From Myxococcales bacterium (lineage in GTDB: Bacteria; Myxococcota_A; Polyangia; Polyangiales; Polyangiaceae): a stretch of 64,000 nucleotides of DNA. This document shows, piece after piece, positions 1-9,730 of the stretch. The stretch is taken from contig JAYTOU010000032.1 of assembly GCA_043747615.1 (NCBI GenBank), forward strand, positions 32,001 to 96,000, given 5' to 3'. The notes under the pieces were generated by a model that was not told the DNA's origin, did no database searches, and was given only the letters and a program-made list of their open reading frames with translations. Every line of letters begins with the position of its first letter. Position 1 is the first letter of the stretch. The position numbers and the translations under genes are program-made.

Positions 1-2
1 AG

Positions 3-1322
3 GCTACCGAAGCAGTGACCCACATCGTGGCCGAAGACGCCGAGGCATCCGTCGCCGCGCATCGACTGGCCCGGCTCGGCGGAGCGGCCCTCCCTTACGT
101 GCTGCCCAAGCTCGACAACCTTCCGCCTGGCGCGCGTGGTCGGGTGGCCGTCGCTCTCGCACCGATCGCAGAGCGCATGGGAATCGGTGAGCACGCCAAG
201 ATCGACGATCCGCTTCTTGCGTCGATTTTTTGGGCGCATTTTTGGGAGGACCGAGCCCTCGAGTTCACAGAGCCGTCGGTGCGGCGCGCGGTCGGGCGGC
301 TTGTGCACCACTCGACCGAGCAGCGCGAGCACGAGCTCATGCAGGTCGATACCTTCGCACTCGGTGAGGTGATTCCCGCGATGCTCGAGACCCACGATCG
401 GGACGCGCTCACCCGCCTGGCAACCATTGCCGCACACACCACCGGAAGAACCGTCGAGATCCCGCCCGACGCCGACGGGGAGTTCGTCAGGCGCGCAATC
501 GCCGACTGGCAAGAGTGGTGGTACGTGCACCGCACCGACTACGTCGCGCTCAATGGCGCCGAACGCTTGACGGCGACGGTGACCGAGACGCGCTACGGCA
601 AATGGATCGCGCGCGCAGCGACGGGTCAGCTCGGGGTCAGCCCTCGCGACGGTGAGCCGATCCTCGACAAGCTCCGGGCCCGCGCGCCGGTGACTTTGGC
701 CCTCACCGGCCTGGCGATGCTTGCAAGCTACATGATTGCCATTCCGGTCGCGATGATCAGCGCATGGCGTCGCGGCAAGGCCGTCGACCACGTGCTGGCC
801 TTCAGTCTCTTCGCGCTCTACTCGCTGCCCACCTTCTGGACGGCGGAGATTTTCGCTCGGATCGCGCCGAACGCCTCTGGCGCGGAGCGGCTTATTTTAC
901 CGGTGATTGCCCTCACGCTGGCCTCCCTCGCCTCTCTGTCTCGTCATCAACGAAGCGCGATGCTCGAGGTGCTCGGGCAAGACTACGTGCGCACGGCGCG
1001 CGCGAAAGGGGTACCCACGTGGCGGGTCCTCGTGGTGCACGCGCTTCGTAACGCGATGATGCCGACGGTGACGCTAGCCGGGATGCAGCTGCCTGCCCTC
1101 CTCGGCGGAGCGTTCATCGTGGAGGAAGTCTTCGGCCTGCCTGGGCTCGGCTTCGAGTCGCTTCGTGCCGTCGAAGCGCACGACTCGGCGTGGCTCGTCG
1201 CGATCGTGCTCGTCACCGCTGTCTTCACGACGGTCGGACTCATCGCGAGCGACGTTGCGTATGGGCTGCTCGATCCCCGGGTGCGTGAGACGATGCTGCG
1301 CCCGAAGGCGGTGCGAGCGTGA
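3..1322 (+). CDS. Peptide/nickel ABC transporter permease (OppB/DppB family) with a large extra helical domain; probably 5'-truncated by the window
   Basis: C-terminal TM helices and EAA-like loop 'DYVRTARAKG...VLVVHALRNA', 'GAFIVEEVFGLPGLG', 'LLDPRVR'. Frame is open back to the window edge. Confidence 0.88.
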   Translation, partial: ATEAVTHIVAEDAEASVAAHRLARLGGAALPYVLPKLDNLPPGARGRVAVALAPIAERMGIGEHAKIDDPLLASIFWAHFWEDRALEFTEPSVRRAVGRLVHHSTEQREHELMQVDTFALGEVIPAMLETHDRDALTRLATIAAHTTGRTVEIPPDADGEFVRRAIADWQEWWYVHRTDYVALNGAERLTATVTETRYGKWIARAATGQLGVSPRDGEPILDKLRARAPVTLALTGLAMLASYMIAIPVAMISAWRRGKAVDHVLAFSLFALYSLPTFWTAEIFARIAPNASGAERLILPVIALTLASLASLSRHQRSAMLEVLGQDYVRTARAKGVPTWRVLVVHALRNAMMPTVTLAGMQLPALLGGAFIVEEVFGLPGLGFESLRAVEAHDSAWLVAIVLVTAVFTTVGLIASDVAYGLLDPRVRETMLRPKAVRA

Positions 1323-2398
1323 GCATCGCCCAGGCCGCCGTACCGGAAAGCTCCGTACGTAGCGTGTTTAGACACCTCCGCCGAAACCGTCTTCCCTTCA
1401 TCGGCGGCGTCTTCATCGCCTGCCTCGTGCTCACGGCGATCTTCGCCGACGTGCTCGCCAGCGATCTCCCCGTGGCCTGCCGCGTCCACGGATCAACCCA
1501 CATCCTTCCAAACTTGAATCGTCCCCCGACGCTCGCGAGCTACGACTGCGCGCGCATCGAAGACGAGCTCGGCGAAGGCGACTGGGCGGTCTACCCTCTG
1601 GTTCGGTTCGGCCCTTCGCAGACGAGCGCGCACGGTCGCATCGACGCGCTTCGTCCGCCGTCATTCCTCCACGGACATCCCTTCGGCACCGACGATCGTG
1701 GCCGCGATGTCTTTGCCCGCGTGGTGCATGGCGCACGCACCTCGCTCACGGCGGCGCTCATCGCTGTGCTCGGCTTCGTTGGCGTCGGCGCGGCCCTCGG
1801 CGCATTCGCCGGCTTTTTCGGCGGAATTTTCGATGGTTTTGTCGCTCGCCTGGTCGAGACGGTCAGCGCGTTTCCCACCATCGTTCTCGTGCTGGTGGTG
1901 CAAGCCCTCCTGCCGCATCCCACGATGGTCACGATGCTCATCGCCATTGCTCTTACGCGCTGGCCAGAGATTACTCGCCTCCTCAGGGCCGAGGTGATGA
2001 TCGTCGCGTCGCAAGAGTACGTCCTTGCGGCCCGTGCCCTCGGCGCAACTCCCTGGCGCGTGCTCACCCGCCACGTGTTCCCGAACGTCAAGGCCTCCAT
2101 CGTGATCGCGCTCACCTTCGGGATCGCCTCGGTCGTGCTCATTGAGGCGTCCCTGTCGTTTCTCCGGGTTGGGGTGCCGCCGCCTACGCCGTCGTGGGGA
2201 GAGACCCTCAGCGAGGTTCGCGATCACACCGAAGCGTGGTGGCTGCTTGTCGTCCCGGGGCTGGCGGTGTTCGCCACGGTCTCGTCACTAAACCTGATCG
2301 GCGAAGCGCTACGCGATCTCCTCGATCCGAGACTCCGCGTGGACGCCCCACTTCATTCGGGCCCAGTGGCCGTGTCATCCAGCAGCCCGTCCCCCTGA
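1319..2398 (+). CDS. Peptide/nickel ABC transporter permease (OppC/DppC family)
   Basis: 'HPFGTDDRGRDVFARVVHGARTSL', 'EYVLAARALGA', 'EASLSFL', 'NLIGEALRDLLDPR'. GTGA overlap with the upstream permease. Confidence 0.92.
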   Translation: MSIAQAAVPESSVRSVFRHLRRNRLPFIGGVFIACLVLTAIFADVLASDLPVACRVHGSTHILPNLNRPPTLASYDCARIEDELGEGDWAVYPLVRFGPSQTSAHGRIDALRPPSFLHGHPFGTDDRGRDVFARVVHGARTSLTAALIAVLGFVGVGAALGAFAGFFGGIFDGFVARLVETVSAFPTIVLVLVVQALLPHPTMVTMLIAIALTRWPEITRLLRAEVMIVASQEYVLAARALGATPWRVLTRHVFPNVKASIVIALTFGIASVVLIEASLSFLRVGVPPPTPSWGETLSEVRDHTEAWWLLVVPGLAVFATVSSLNLIGEALRDLLDPRLRVDAPLHSGPVAVSSSSPSP

Positions 2399-2420
2399 TT
2401 TTTCGTGGTAAAGAAGCCGC

Positions 2421-3116
2421 ATGTCGATCTTGGGTGGCATGAGCGGAAAAGGGCCCGGCGGGCCCGCGGGCGGAGCGTCGGACGTCGTCACGGTGACGGA
2501 GCGCGACTTCGAAGAGGTCGTGATCCGCAGCGAGCTGCCGGTGATGATCGAATTCATCACGGGCTCGGGCGCAGCGGCCAAACAGATCGCATCCGAGGTG
2601 GAGAGCTTTGCCCGCGAGATGCGCGGCAAGGTGCTCACGGTGAAGGTCGACGTCGAGAAGGCGCCTGTCCTCGCGCGCGAGCTCCGTGTGCAGCAAGTCC
2701 CGACGTTCATGGTCTTCGCCGGTCAGCGCATCGTGGACGTGCAGGTCGGCGCCCTCCGCAAGAAGAAGATGATGGAGATGGTCGAGCCCTATCTTCCGCG
2801 CTCCGAAGGAGCCATCAAGGTGCTCGAGCTTGTGCAGCTGATCAAGCAAGGCCAAGTCGTCGCGGTCGACACGCGCGACGCCGCAGCATTCGGGCGCGCG
2901 CACATCCCGAAGGCTTCGCACATGGCGCTCGAAGAAATCGAAACCCGCTTGGCCGAGCTGGCGATGATCTCCGAACGCCCCGTCCTCTATTGCCGCAGCG
3001 GAGACAAGACGAAGGAGCTCGCCGCGCGCCTGGCCGATTCGGGAATGCCCGTGGCCTACCTCGAGGGCGGGCTGCTTGCGTGGGAAGGCGAAGGCCTCCC
3101 CATCGAACGTGGCTGA
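2421..3116 (+). CDS. Thioredoxin-like domain (no CxxC) fused to a rhodanese domain
   Basis: Trx fold cues 'FEEVVIRSELPVMIEF...VKVDVEK...VQQVPT'. Rhodanese cues 'VDTR..AAF..AHIPKA', 'LYCRSG', 'YLEGGLLAW'. Confidence 0.85.
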   Translation: MSILGGMSGKGPGGPAGGASDVVTVTERDFEEVVIRSELPVMIEFITGSGAAAKQIASEVESFAREMRGKVLTVKVDVEKAPVLARELRVQQVPTFMVFAGQRIVDVQVGALRKKKMMEMVEPYLPRSEGAIKVLELVQLIKQGQVVAVDTRDAAAFGRAHIPKASHMALEEIETRLAELAMISERPVLYCRSGDKTKELAARLADSGMPVAYLEGGLLAWEGEGLPIERG

Positions 3117-3162
3117 GCGCGGATCGACAAATTCCAGGTCGAGCTTTAGGCTGCGGGGGACG

Positions 3163-3666
3163 ATGGCGGGGAAAATGAATCAGCCGACCGAGGATGCGAG
3201 GCATGAGACGCCGAGTCTGGACCACTTCCGACAGCTCCTCGCGACGCACATGGCGAAGCGGGGGCTTCGATCTACCGATCAACGCCGACTCATCGTGGAG
3301 ACGTTTTTTCACGCTCCGAATCACGTGAGCATCGAAGAGCTCTTGGCCCAAGTGCGCGCGCAAGATCCGAAAGTCGGGTACGCGACCGTTTACCGCACGC
3401 TCAAGCTGCTCACCGAGTGCGGCGTCGCCAACGAGCGCCGCTTCGGCGGAGACGGGCTGACGCGCTACGAGCTTGCCGATGACTCGTCACACCATGACCA
3501 CCTGATCTGCGTCGAGTGCGGGGCGATCACCGAATTCGAAGAGCCGAGGATCGAGGTCCTACAAGAGCAAATCGCCGCGAGCTACGGCTTCGAGCTCGTC
3601 AGTCACAAGCACGAGATGTACGGCGTCTGCCCCGATTGCCAGCGCAAAAAGCAGAAACGAAATTAG
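3163..3666 (+). CDS. fur: Fur-family metal-responsive transcriptional repressor
   Basis: 'GLRSTDQRRLI', 'ATVYRTLKLL', 'HHDHLICVECG', C-terminal CPDC. Start set at ATG 3163 after GGGGGA (alternative 3175). Confidence 0.93.
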   Translation: MAGKMNQPTEDARHETPSLDHFRQLLATHMAKRGLRSTDQRRLIVETFFHAPNHVSIEELLAQVRAQDPKVGYATVYRTLKLLTECGVANERRFGGDGLTRYELADDSSHHDHLICVECGAITEFEEPRIEVLQEQIAASYGFELVSHKHEMYGVCPDCQRKKQKRN

Positions 3667-3702
3667 CCGCGCGGCGATGAGCGCGTTGAAGCCGCGCGGC
3701 TA
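3664..3702. terminator. Inverted repeat between convergent fur and rny; possible bidirectional terminator
   Basis: TAGCCGCGCGGC (3664-3675) and GCCGCGCGGCTA (3691-3702) are exact reverse complements and include both stop codons. No U-tract. Confidence 0.45.
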
Positions 3703-5379
3703 CTTTGCGTAGTCGACGGCGCGTGTTTCGCGGACAACGGTCACGCGGATCTGCCCGGGGTAGCTGAGCTCGTCCTCGATGCGCTTCGAGATTTCGCGGG
3801 CGAGGAGCGCGGCCTCCGCGTCGCTCACTTCGCTCGGTTCGACGATGACCCGAATCTCTCGACCTGCTTGGATGGCAAACGCGCGCTCCACCCCTGCGAA
3901 CCGGGAGGAGATCGCCTCGAGATCGTGGAGGCGTTTGACGTAGCCTTCGAGCATTTCTCGGCGAGCACCGGGGCGCGCGCCGGAGAGGGCGTCTGCCGCG
4001 GTGACGAGATTTCCGATCACGCTGGTCGCAGCCTCATCGTTGTGGTGGCAGGCAATGCCGTTGACGATTATCGCCTCTTCGCCGAATTTGCGCGCGATCT
4101 GGCCGCCGATCATGGCGTGCCCGCCTTCTTGTTCGTGGCTCACGGCTTTGCCGATGTCGTGAAGGAGCCCGGCGCGGCGCGCGAGCTTCTCGTCCTGTCC
4201 GAGCTCGGCGGCCATCATCCCGCATAGGTATCCACACTCGATCGAGTGCTTGAGAACGTTCTGCGCGTACGAGTAGCGGTAGCGAAGCTGACCTAGAAGG
4301 CGGGTAATTTCAGGGTGAACGCGGGTTACTCCGAGCTCGACGCACGCCGCCTCGGCGGCCTCGGCGATCAAGCGATCCACTTCTTCGTGCGCCTGACCGA
4401 CGGCCTCTTCGATGCGCGTTGGGTGAATGCGTCCGTCCTTGATCAGATTCTCCACCGCGAGCCGGGCGACCTCGCGGCGCACGGGATCGAAGCCGCTGAT
4501 CACGATCGTCTCGGGAGTGTCGTCGATGATGAAATCGACGCCGCACATTTCCTGGAGCGCGCGAATGTTGCGCCCTTCGCGGCCGATGATGCGCCCCTTC
4601 ATGTCGTCGTTGGGGAGGTGGATCGACGTCACCGCGCGCTCCTGTACTTGGTCGCCCGCGAAACGCTGGATGGCGAGACCGATGATGCGCTTCGCCTTCT
4701 TGTCTGCCTCGTCACGCGCGAGATCCTCGATGGCCTTCGCCTCGCGAGCAGAGTCGCGCCGCACGCCGTCGAGCAGATCTTCCATCAGGCGTTTTCGAGC
4801 CTCGTCGCCGCTCAATCCTCCGACGGCTTCGAGGCGCGTGCGTCGCTCGCTCACCAGCTTGACCACCTCTTCTTGGGTGGCGCGGACGCCTTCTTCTGTC
4901 ACCCGAAGGGCTTGCTCGCGCTTGGCGATTTCCTCTTCCTTGCGGGCGACGAGCTCTTCTTTCTCGACCGCAGTTTTCTCACGCTGCGCAGCTCGCTCCA
5001 CGCGAAGCGCTGCCTGGCGGTCGGCCTCGGTGGCCTCGCGGCGTGCCTCTTCTTTCATCGATACGACGGCCTTCATCGCCGCTTCTTTGGCTTCGACCGT
5101 CGCTTCTTTCTTCGCGGTGTCGGCGTCGCGGCGCGCATCGTCGGCTTGCTTGCGCAGCCCCTCGCCCTCCTTGCGTGCACGCTCGAGGGATTCTTCCGCC
5201 TCACGACGCCACGCATCGACTTTCCCTCGCTCTTCAACGCGCACCGCTTCGAGAAGTCGGCCTCTGTCGCGGAGCTCGAGGTTGAGCAGCTCCTGGTATT
5301 TCGTGCGGGCAAAACCGTACGCCGCGGCGGCCGCCATCGCGGTTCCACTGAAGAAGTAAAGTACCGGATCGACGTCCAT
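3700..5379 (-). CDS. rny: Ribonuclease Y
   Basis: N-terminal membrane anchor and coiled coil, KH motif 'KGRIIGREGRNIR', HD motif 'GLLHDIGK', 'ADALSGARPGAR', 'AIQAGREIRV'. Confidence 0.97.
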   Translation of the reverse strand: MDVDPVLYFFSGTAMAAAAAYGFARTKYQELLNLELRDRGRLLEAVRVEERGKVDAWRREAEESLERARKEGEGLRKQADDARRDADTAKKEATVEAKEAAMKAVVSMKEEARREATEADRQAALRVERAAQREKTAVEKEELVARKEEEIAKREQALRVTEEGVRATQEEVVKLVSERRTRLEAVGGLSGDEARKRLMEDLLDGVRRDSAREAKAIEDLARDEADKKAKRIIGLAIQRFAGDQVQERAVTSIHLPNDDMKGRIIGREGRNIRALQEMCGVDFIIDDTPETIVISGFDPVRREVARLAVENLIKDGRIHPTRIEEAVGQAHEEVDRLIAEAAEAACVELGVTRVHPEITRLLGQLRYRYSYAQNVLKHSIECGYLCGMMAAELGQDEKLARRAGLLHDIGKAVSHEQEGGHAMIGGQIARKFGEEAIIVNGIACHHNDEAATSVIGNLVTAADALSGARPGARREMLEGYVKRLHDLEAISSRFAGVERAFAIQAGREIRVIVEPSEVSDAEAALLAREISKRIEDELSYPGQIRVTVVRETRAVDYAK

Positions 5380-5388
5380 GAGCCCTTC

Positions 5389-6054
5389 TTATGCGTCCGA
5401 TGCGCTTGTCGGCGCACCTGCAGGAAAAATTCGGCGGTCCGTCACCACCCAGGCGAGCGCGACGTCACCTTCGGTCACGGGCACTTCTGAAATGAGCTGG
5501 TAGTCGTAGGCCACCACGAACGTGACTGCCTTCGGTGCGAAAGGCGGAAGTGCGCGATCGTAGTAACCGGCGCCATAGCCGATTCGGTGCCCGTCGACGT
5601 CGACGGCCAACGCGGGAACGACGATAACATCGAGCTCGCCCGCAAGCGCAATGGGCGCGCTGGACGCAGGCTCGGCGAAACCGTAGCCGGCCTCTTCGAG
5701 AGTCGCAGGATCGTCCACGCGCTTGAACGTCATGAGCGATGTCTCGGGATCGATCGCCGGATAAAAGATGGAGACCGAGAGGGCGCGCAAACTGGCATCG
5801 AGCGTTCGAAGGTCGACCTCGTGACGGGCCTCGATCGGCCAAAACAGAGCTACCGTGCGCGCGGCCGCGAGTGCGGGGTGGGTCTCGAGCTTTTCTACGA
5901 TCAGCTTCGATCGTTCCATGCAGGCCGTGAGGGGCGTCGTTTTTCTGAGCCCGCGCATCCGCTTGCGGAGCTCGGCCTTCACCTTCCGCCGGATGAAATC
6001 TTCCGGTGGAAGCTCGCGCTCGAGGGGCGCCTGCTCGAAGGGATTACGAATCAT
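5389..6054 (-). CDS. 5-formyltetrahydrofolate cyclo-ligase
   Basis: 'KAELRKRM', 'EVDL', 'DVIVVPALAVD..GHRIGYGAGYYDR'. Conserved position upstream of rny. Confidence 0.95.
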   Translation of the reverse strand: MIRNPFEQAPLERELPPEDFIRRKVKAELRKRMRGLRKTTPLTACMERSKLIVEKLETHPALAAARTVALFWPIEARHEVDLRTLDASLRALSVSIFYPAIDPETSLMTFKRVDDPATLEEAGYGFAEPASSAPIALAGELDVIVVPALAVDVDGHRIGYGAGYYDRALPPFAPKAVTFVVAYDYQLISEVPVTEGDVALAWVVTDRRIFPAGAPTSASDA

Positions 6055-6208
6055 GCATGCCTCAGCCTACCACGCCGCACGCTCGGGAGAGCTTGCGGTC
6101 AGCCCGATCTGCGCGGCGTCGATGCCTTCGCAGTGGCTCGGGATCATCCTCAACCGTGAGCTCGGGCTGCGGGTTCGACCTGGGAACAGATACGGGTAAT
6201 ACTAGTGC

Positions 6209-6628
6209 GTGGCTCGTGAGTCCTTGAAGCGCACGAGCGGCTGTTGGGTCCGAAACTTCGTGACGACAACCGTGCTTGCCATGCTGGTCGCATGCACGTC
6301 GCCCGCACCGATCTGTCCGAGCGGCGGGTATGACAGTCTCGCGGTCACGGTCACCGATGCCCTGTCGGGGCTCGACGTCTGCGGCGCATCCGTCGTTGCG
6401 AGCGAGGGCACGTCGATGTACCGGCTTCAAGAGATCGCCGGCGCGTCGGATGCCTCCTGCCGCTATTATTTCTATATCAAGGGTGCCGGCACGCAGACGT
6501 ACACAGTCTCCGTCACCGCGCCGGGGTACAAGCCGGGACAGGCGTCGAACGTGACCGTCGCGTTTGACGGTTGCGGACACGTGCAGAACACACAGGGCGT
6601 CGCGATAAAACTCGTTCCGGCCCCTTAA
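6209..6628 (+). CDS. Hypothetical lipoprotein, carboxypeptidase-regulatory/transthyretin-like beta-sandwich
   Basis: Lipobox LVAC, 'VTVTDALSG..VCGASV', 'YTVSVTAPGYKP'. Start codon uncertain. Confidence 0.65.
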   Translation: MARESLKRTSGCWVRNFVTTTVLAMLVACTSPAPICPSGGYDSLAVTVTDALSGLDVCGASVVASEGTSMYRLQEIAGASDASCRYYFYIKGAGTQTYTVSVTAPGYKPGQASNVTVAFDGCGHVQNTQGVAIKLVPAP

Positions 6629-6749
6629 TTCGGCGGCCAGAGGCCATGCAACCACGAGAGTCGTCACCGTCAGCGCAGACCATACGAGGCCCGGAACACG
6701 TCGGCCTCCGTGCGTGGCGAAACAACAGCACGTCGCAGTGTGGCTCAGC

Positions 6750-7604
6750 TCACATCACGGGGAAGCGGCTGCGTACGACCACCTCGCCAACTTTCCCTCT
6801 ACGCGCAGCATTCGAATTGATGCTGCGCGACGCAAGCACGTAGTCGATTCGAAACCCGGCGTAGAGCTCGCGAATGGCGGGAGTGTCTGAGTTCGACAGC
6901 ATGACGTGAACACCTTTGGCGGCGAGCTTCGTGAACACGGTCGCGAGCTCGCGCTGCCTCTCCCAGCCGAAACCACCGGGGATGTACGACGTGAAGTCGG
7001 CGGTCTCGGACACGGGATCGTAGGGCGGATCGAAGTAGACGAAGTCGCCGGCCCTCGCGCGCGACACGACTTTCGCAAAATCACGAACTTTGATCTCGGC
7101 GGTCTTGAGGACCAGCGAGCACGCGCGGAGGTTGTCCTTGTCGCAAAAAGATGGGTTCGTGTAGCGGCCGATGGGAACGTTGAAGCGGCCCGCGCGGTTC
7201 ACGCGGTAGAGACCGTTGAAGCCCGTCTTGTTGAGAAAAATGGTCCGCGCTGCGCGTTCGGGCGCCGGAAGCGACGCCGGATCCAACTCTCGCACGCGGT
7301 AGTAATGTTCGCGGTCGTAGCGGTGCTTCTCTAGCGCGAGGATCACATCCTCGACGCAATCGCGAACCGCGCAGTAGGTGTTGATGAGCTCGGCGTTGAC
7401 GTCGGTCAGGACCGCGCGCTTCGGCTTCATCGAAAAGAAGAGCGCTGCGCCGCCCACGAACGGCTCGAAGTAGCGTCCCGCCGTTCGGTCGAAGTCTTCG
7501 GGAATCAGCGAACGAAATTGCTGGAGGAGCTGCCCCTTCCCGCCGACCCACTTGAGAAAAGGCCGCGCCTCGCGATCCGATTCGCTGATGGATCGCGCGC
7601 GCAT
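6750..7604 (-). CDS. Dam-family (D12 class) N6-adenine DNA methyltransferase, orphan
   Basis: 'PFLKWVGGK', SAM motif 'YFEPFVGGAA', 'FNGLYRVN..G.FNVP', catalytic 'FVYFDPPY'. ATG 7604 overlaps the upstream TGA. Confidence 0.95.
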   Translation of the reverse strand: MRARSISESDREARPFLKWVGGKGQLLQQFRSLIPEDFDRTAGRYFEPFVGGAALFFSMKPKRAVLTDVNAELINTYCAVRDCVEDVILALEKHRYDREHYYRVRELDPASLPAPERAARTIFLNKTGFNGLYRVNRAGRFNVPIGRYTNPSFCDKDNLRACSLVLKTAEIKVRDFAKVVSRARAGDFVYFDPPYDPVSETADFTSYIPGGFGWERQRELATVFTKLAAKGVHVMLSNSDTPAIRELYAGFRIDYVLASRSINSNAARRGKVGEVVVRSRFPVM

Positions 7605-9730
7605 CAAAATGCGTCGAAGAAGGGGGCAAGCCGATCGCTGGCGATGGCGAACGTCGCGTTGACGCCCTCGATGCGTGCCAAGTGCATCTTCTCGTTCTTG
7701 CGGATCGCGGAACGACCAACGATGAAATGCCTTGGTTTTCCGCCACCGTCGGCGCTGGAGGCGATCCGTACGTCGAGAAGCGGGGCCGAGAATCCCTCGT
7801 CAGCGATGGCCGCGCCGAGGTGAACGACTTCGTCGGCGCGGAGCTGACCGAGCGCCGTAGCTATCTTCTCTGCCGCGTCGCGCGGGCCGCCCGCCGGGCC
7901 TACCAGGCGAGCCCCTTCGCGCGTGAAGACGGCGCTCTTCGAGCCCTGACCAAGGGTGACGCTCTTGAGCGAAGCGCCGTCGACGAAGAATCCGTTTCGA
8001 TCGACGAGCACGCGCGCGGCAAGATCGCGAAGTGATCGAGGGACGACGAGGACGTGCGGGCTGGCGAGCGTTCGCGCGTACACACCACCCTCCCCTTCGC
8101 CCCCGAACACGAGACCGATGGTGCGTGCGCCGCCGTCCCCTCCGCCCACCGTGACGGACACGCGGCAGGTCGACGTGCCGAGCGCGAAGTCTCCGTGATC
8201 TTCGTCGGCTACCCAGGACTCGGCCTTGGCGCGCATGATGGCTTCGGCGAGCTCGATGGCACCTGCGTTGTCGGCGTCGTAGCCGGCGGGCTTCTTCATC
8301 GTGAACCCGCTTCCGCCGCGCGTGAGCTCCTGCGTGACGCCGCCGCAGCTCGTCTCGAGAGCGACGATCGGCTTGCCGTCGACCGGAGGTGTCCAGATTT
8401 CGCGGCCGAGGAGTGACGTTGCGCGCGGCTCGAGCTTCCGAGCGACGTCGGCAGAGATCACTAGGCTGGTGCCATCATCGAGGCGGCGCGCGACGAGTCG
8501 CCCCTGACCGCCGACCTCCACGGTCTCGACGAGGTGGCTCTCGGCACGCGTGATCGAAGCCCGGAGACGCGGGGGAGCAGCGACACCAAGCTCCGCCGGG
8601 GCTCCCTCGACGTGGGTGAGCGACGCCACGAGAGCGTTCGCCATCTCTACTTCGTCGCCGACAAGATCGCGATTGATGGGAGCACGCTGATGCCATCCGC
8701 TCCCTTTGCGCGCGATCTCGAGGACGGCGCCACTCGGTGACGCTTCGAGACGCAGCTCTTCGACTTCGTCCTTGCGCGCGAAGAAGATGTGCTTGTCGAC
8801 GAGCTCATCGCGCGTCGTTCCGAGCCCCTCGAGCACGCCTTTGGGTGCGCAGGCAGCGACCGGATTCGGCGCGCGGCGGATGACGACGAGGTCCTCGGCA
8901 TGACCGGGGCACTCCCCGCCGAGGACGAGCTCGCCTTGCGGAAGGCTGGTGTCCTTCGGGGTCATCACGATCGTGACGTGCGGCGTGCCCATCGCTCGCT
9001 CGGCATCCGGGACGCTCAGAAAAGACTCGGCGCGCATTTCGGCGAGCGCGCGCCACACCTTGTCGATCCCGTCACGCGATACCCGGGGGCCGCCGTGGAA
9101 GCGGAAGCTGAGATCGTCGACGCGGTCGAGCTGCACTTTCTGGGTGAGCGATACGAGCTCGAGATGCCCGAGACCGATCGACAAGTACGGAACAATCGTT
9201 CGCTCGCGGTACGTATCGGCGGACTTCGTGAGCTCGGTGGCAAAATCACGCGACACGACGAAGACGCTCTTGCCGTCGAGCCGGAGGTAGGCGGCGCCTT
9301 CCGGCGTGGGCGCGGGCCCACCAAGATCGAAGTGGTAGGTGACCGCTCCCATGGAGAGCGTGGCGCGCGCGCGAGGGGCCTCGAAGCCAGCGCCGTCGCC
9401 GGGCTTGAGGGTGCGCACGACGCTCGCGAAATCGAGGACGCCGACCAGGTTGTCGACCGTCGAGGGATCGGCTTTGGCAACGAGCGGCGATTTCATGAGC
9501 CAGGTGGAGTCCGAGCCGTCGCCGAGATCGCGCTCGAGGACGATGTCTTCCGCGCCGTGGACGATCTCGATTCGAGTGACGTTTTCGCGGCGAAACGCAG
9601 GGAAAACGTTGTGCGCTCGCTGCGCGCGCTCGCCATCGGTGACCCCGCCATCGAACGCGTACGCGTAAACGAGCGCCGCGACGGCCGCGAAAATGACCAC
9701 GATGGAGGTGAGGTGCTTTTTCAGCTTCAC
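7604..9730 (-). CDS. DUF4340-domain membrane-anchored periplasmic protein with repeated domains
   Basis: Single N-terminal TM. Repeated 'W.M..P....AD...VD.L...L' and 'L..LRA..' units. Lies downstream of a GldG-like gene, the usual DUF4340 context. Confidence 0.75.
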   Translation of the reverse strand: MKLKKHLTSIVVIFAAVAALVYAYAFDGGVTDGERAQRAHNVFPAFRRENVTRIEIVHGAEDIVLERDLGDGSDSTWLMKSPLVAKADPSTVDNLVGVLDFASVVRTLKPGDGAGFEAPRARATLSMGAVTYHFDLGGPAPTPEGAAYLRLDGKSVFVVSRDFATELTKSADTYRERTIVPYLSIGLGHLELVSLTQKVQLDRVDDLSFRFHGGPRVSRDGIDKVWRALAEMRAESFLSVPDAERAMGTPHVTIVMTPKDTSLPQGELVLGGECPGHAEDLVVIRRAPNPVAACAPKGVLEGLGTTRDELVDKHIFFARKDEVEELRLEASPSGAVLEIARKGSGWHQRAPINRDLVGDEVEMANALVASLTHVEGAPAELGVAAPPRLRASITRAESHLVETVEVGGQGRLVARRLDDGTSLVISADVARKLEPRATSLLGREIWTPPVDGKPIVALETSCGGVTQELTRGGSGFTMKKPAGYDADNAGAIELAEAIMRAKAESWVADEDHGDFALGTSTCRVSVTVGGGDGGARTIGLVFGGEGEGGVYARTLASPHVLVVPRSLRDLAARVLVDRNGFFVDGASLKSVTLGQGSKSAVFTREGARLVGPAGGPRDAAEKIATALGQLRADEVVHLGAAIADEGFSAPLLDVRIASSADGGGKPRHFIVGRSAIRKNEKMHLARIEGVNATFAIASDRLAPFFDAF

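Noticed and set aside
4315..5490. Long + strand ORFs antisense to rny, and similar shadows such as 23472-25403 (-), 33620-34948 (-) and 53669-54868 (-)
   Set aside because: Antisense shadows of well-supported genes, expected from high-GC codon bias. No motifs of their own.
6165..6190. GGTTCGA resembling a tRNA T-loop
   Set aside because: The flanks do not form a T-stem or acceptor stem; no cloverleaf.
6209..7604. Restriction-modification system
   Set aside because: The neighbour of the methylase is a convergent lipoprotein; no nuclease motif is visible.
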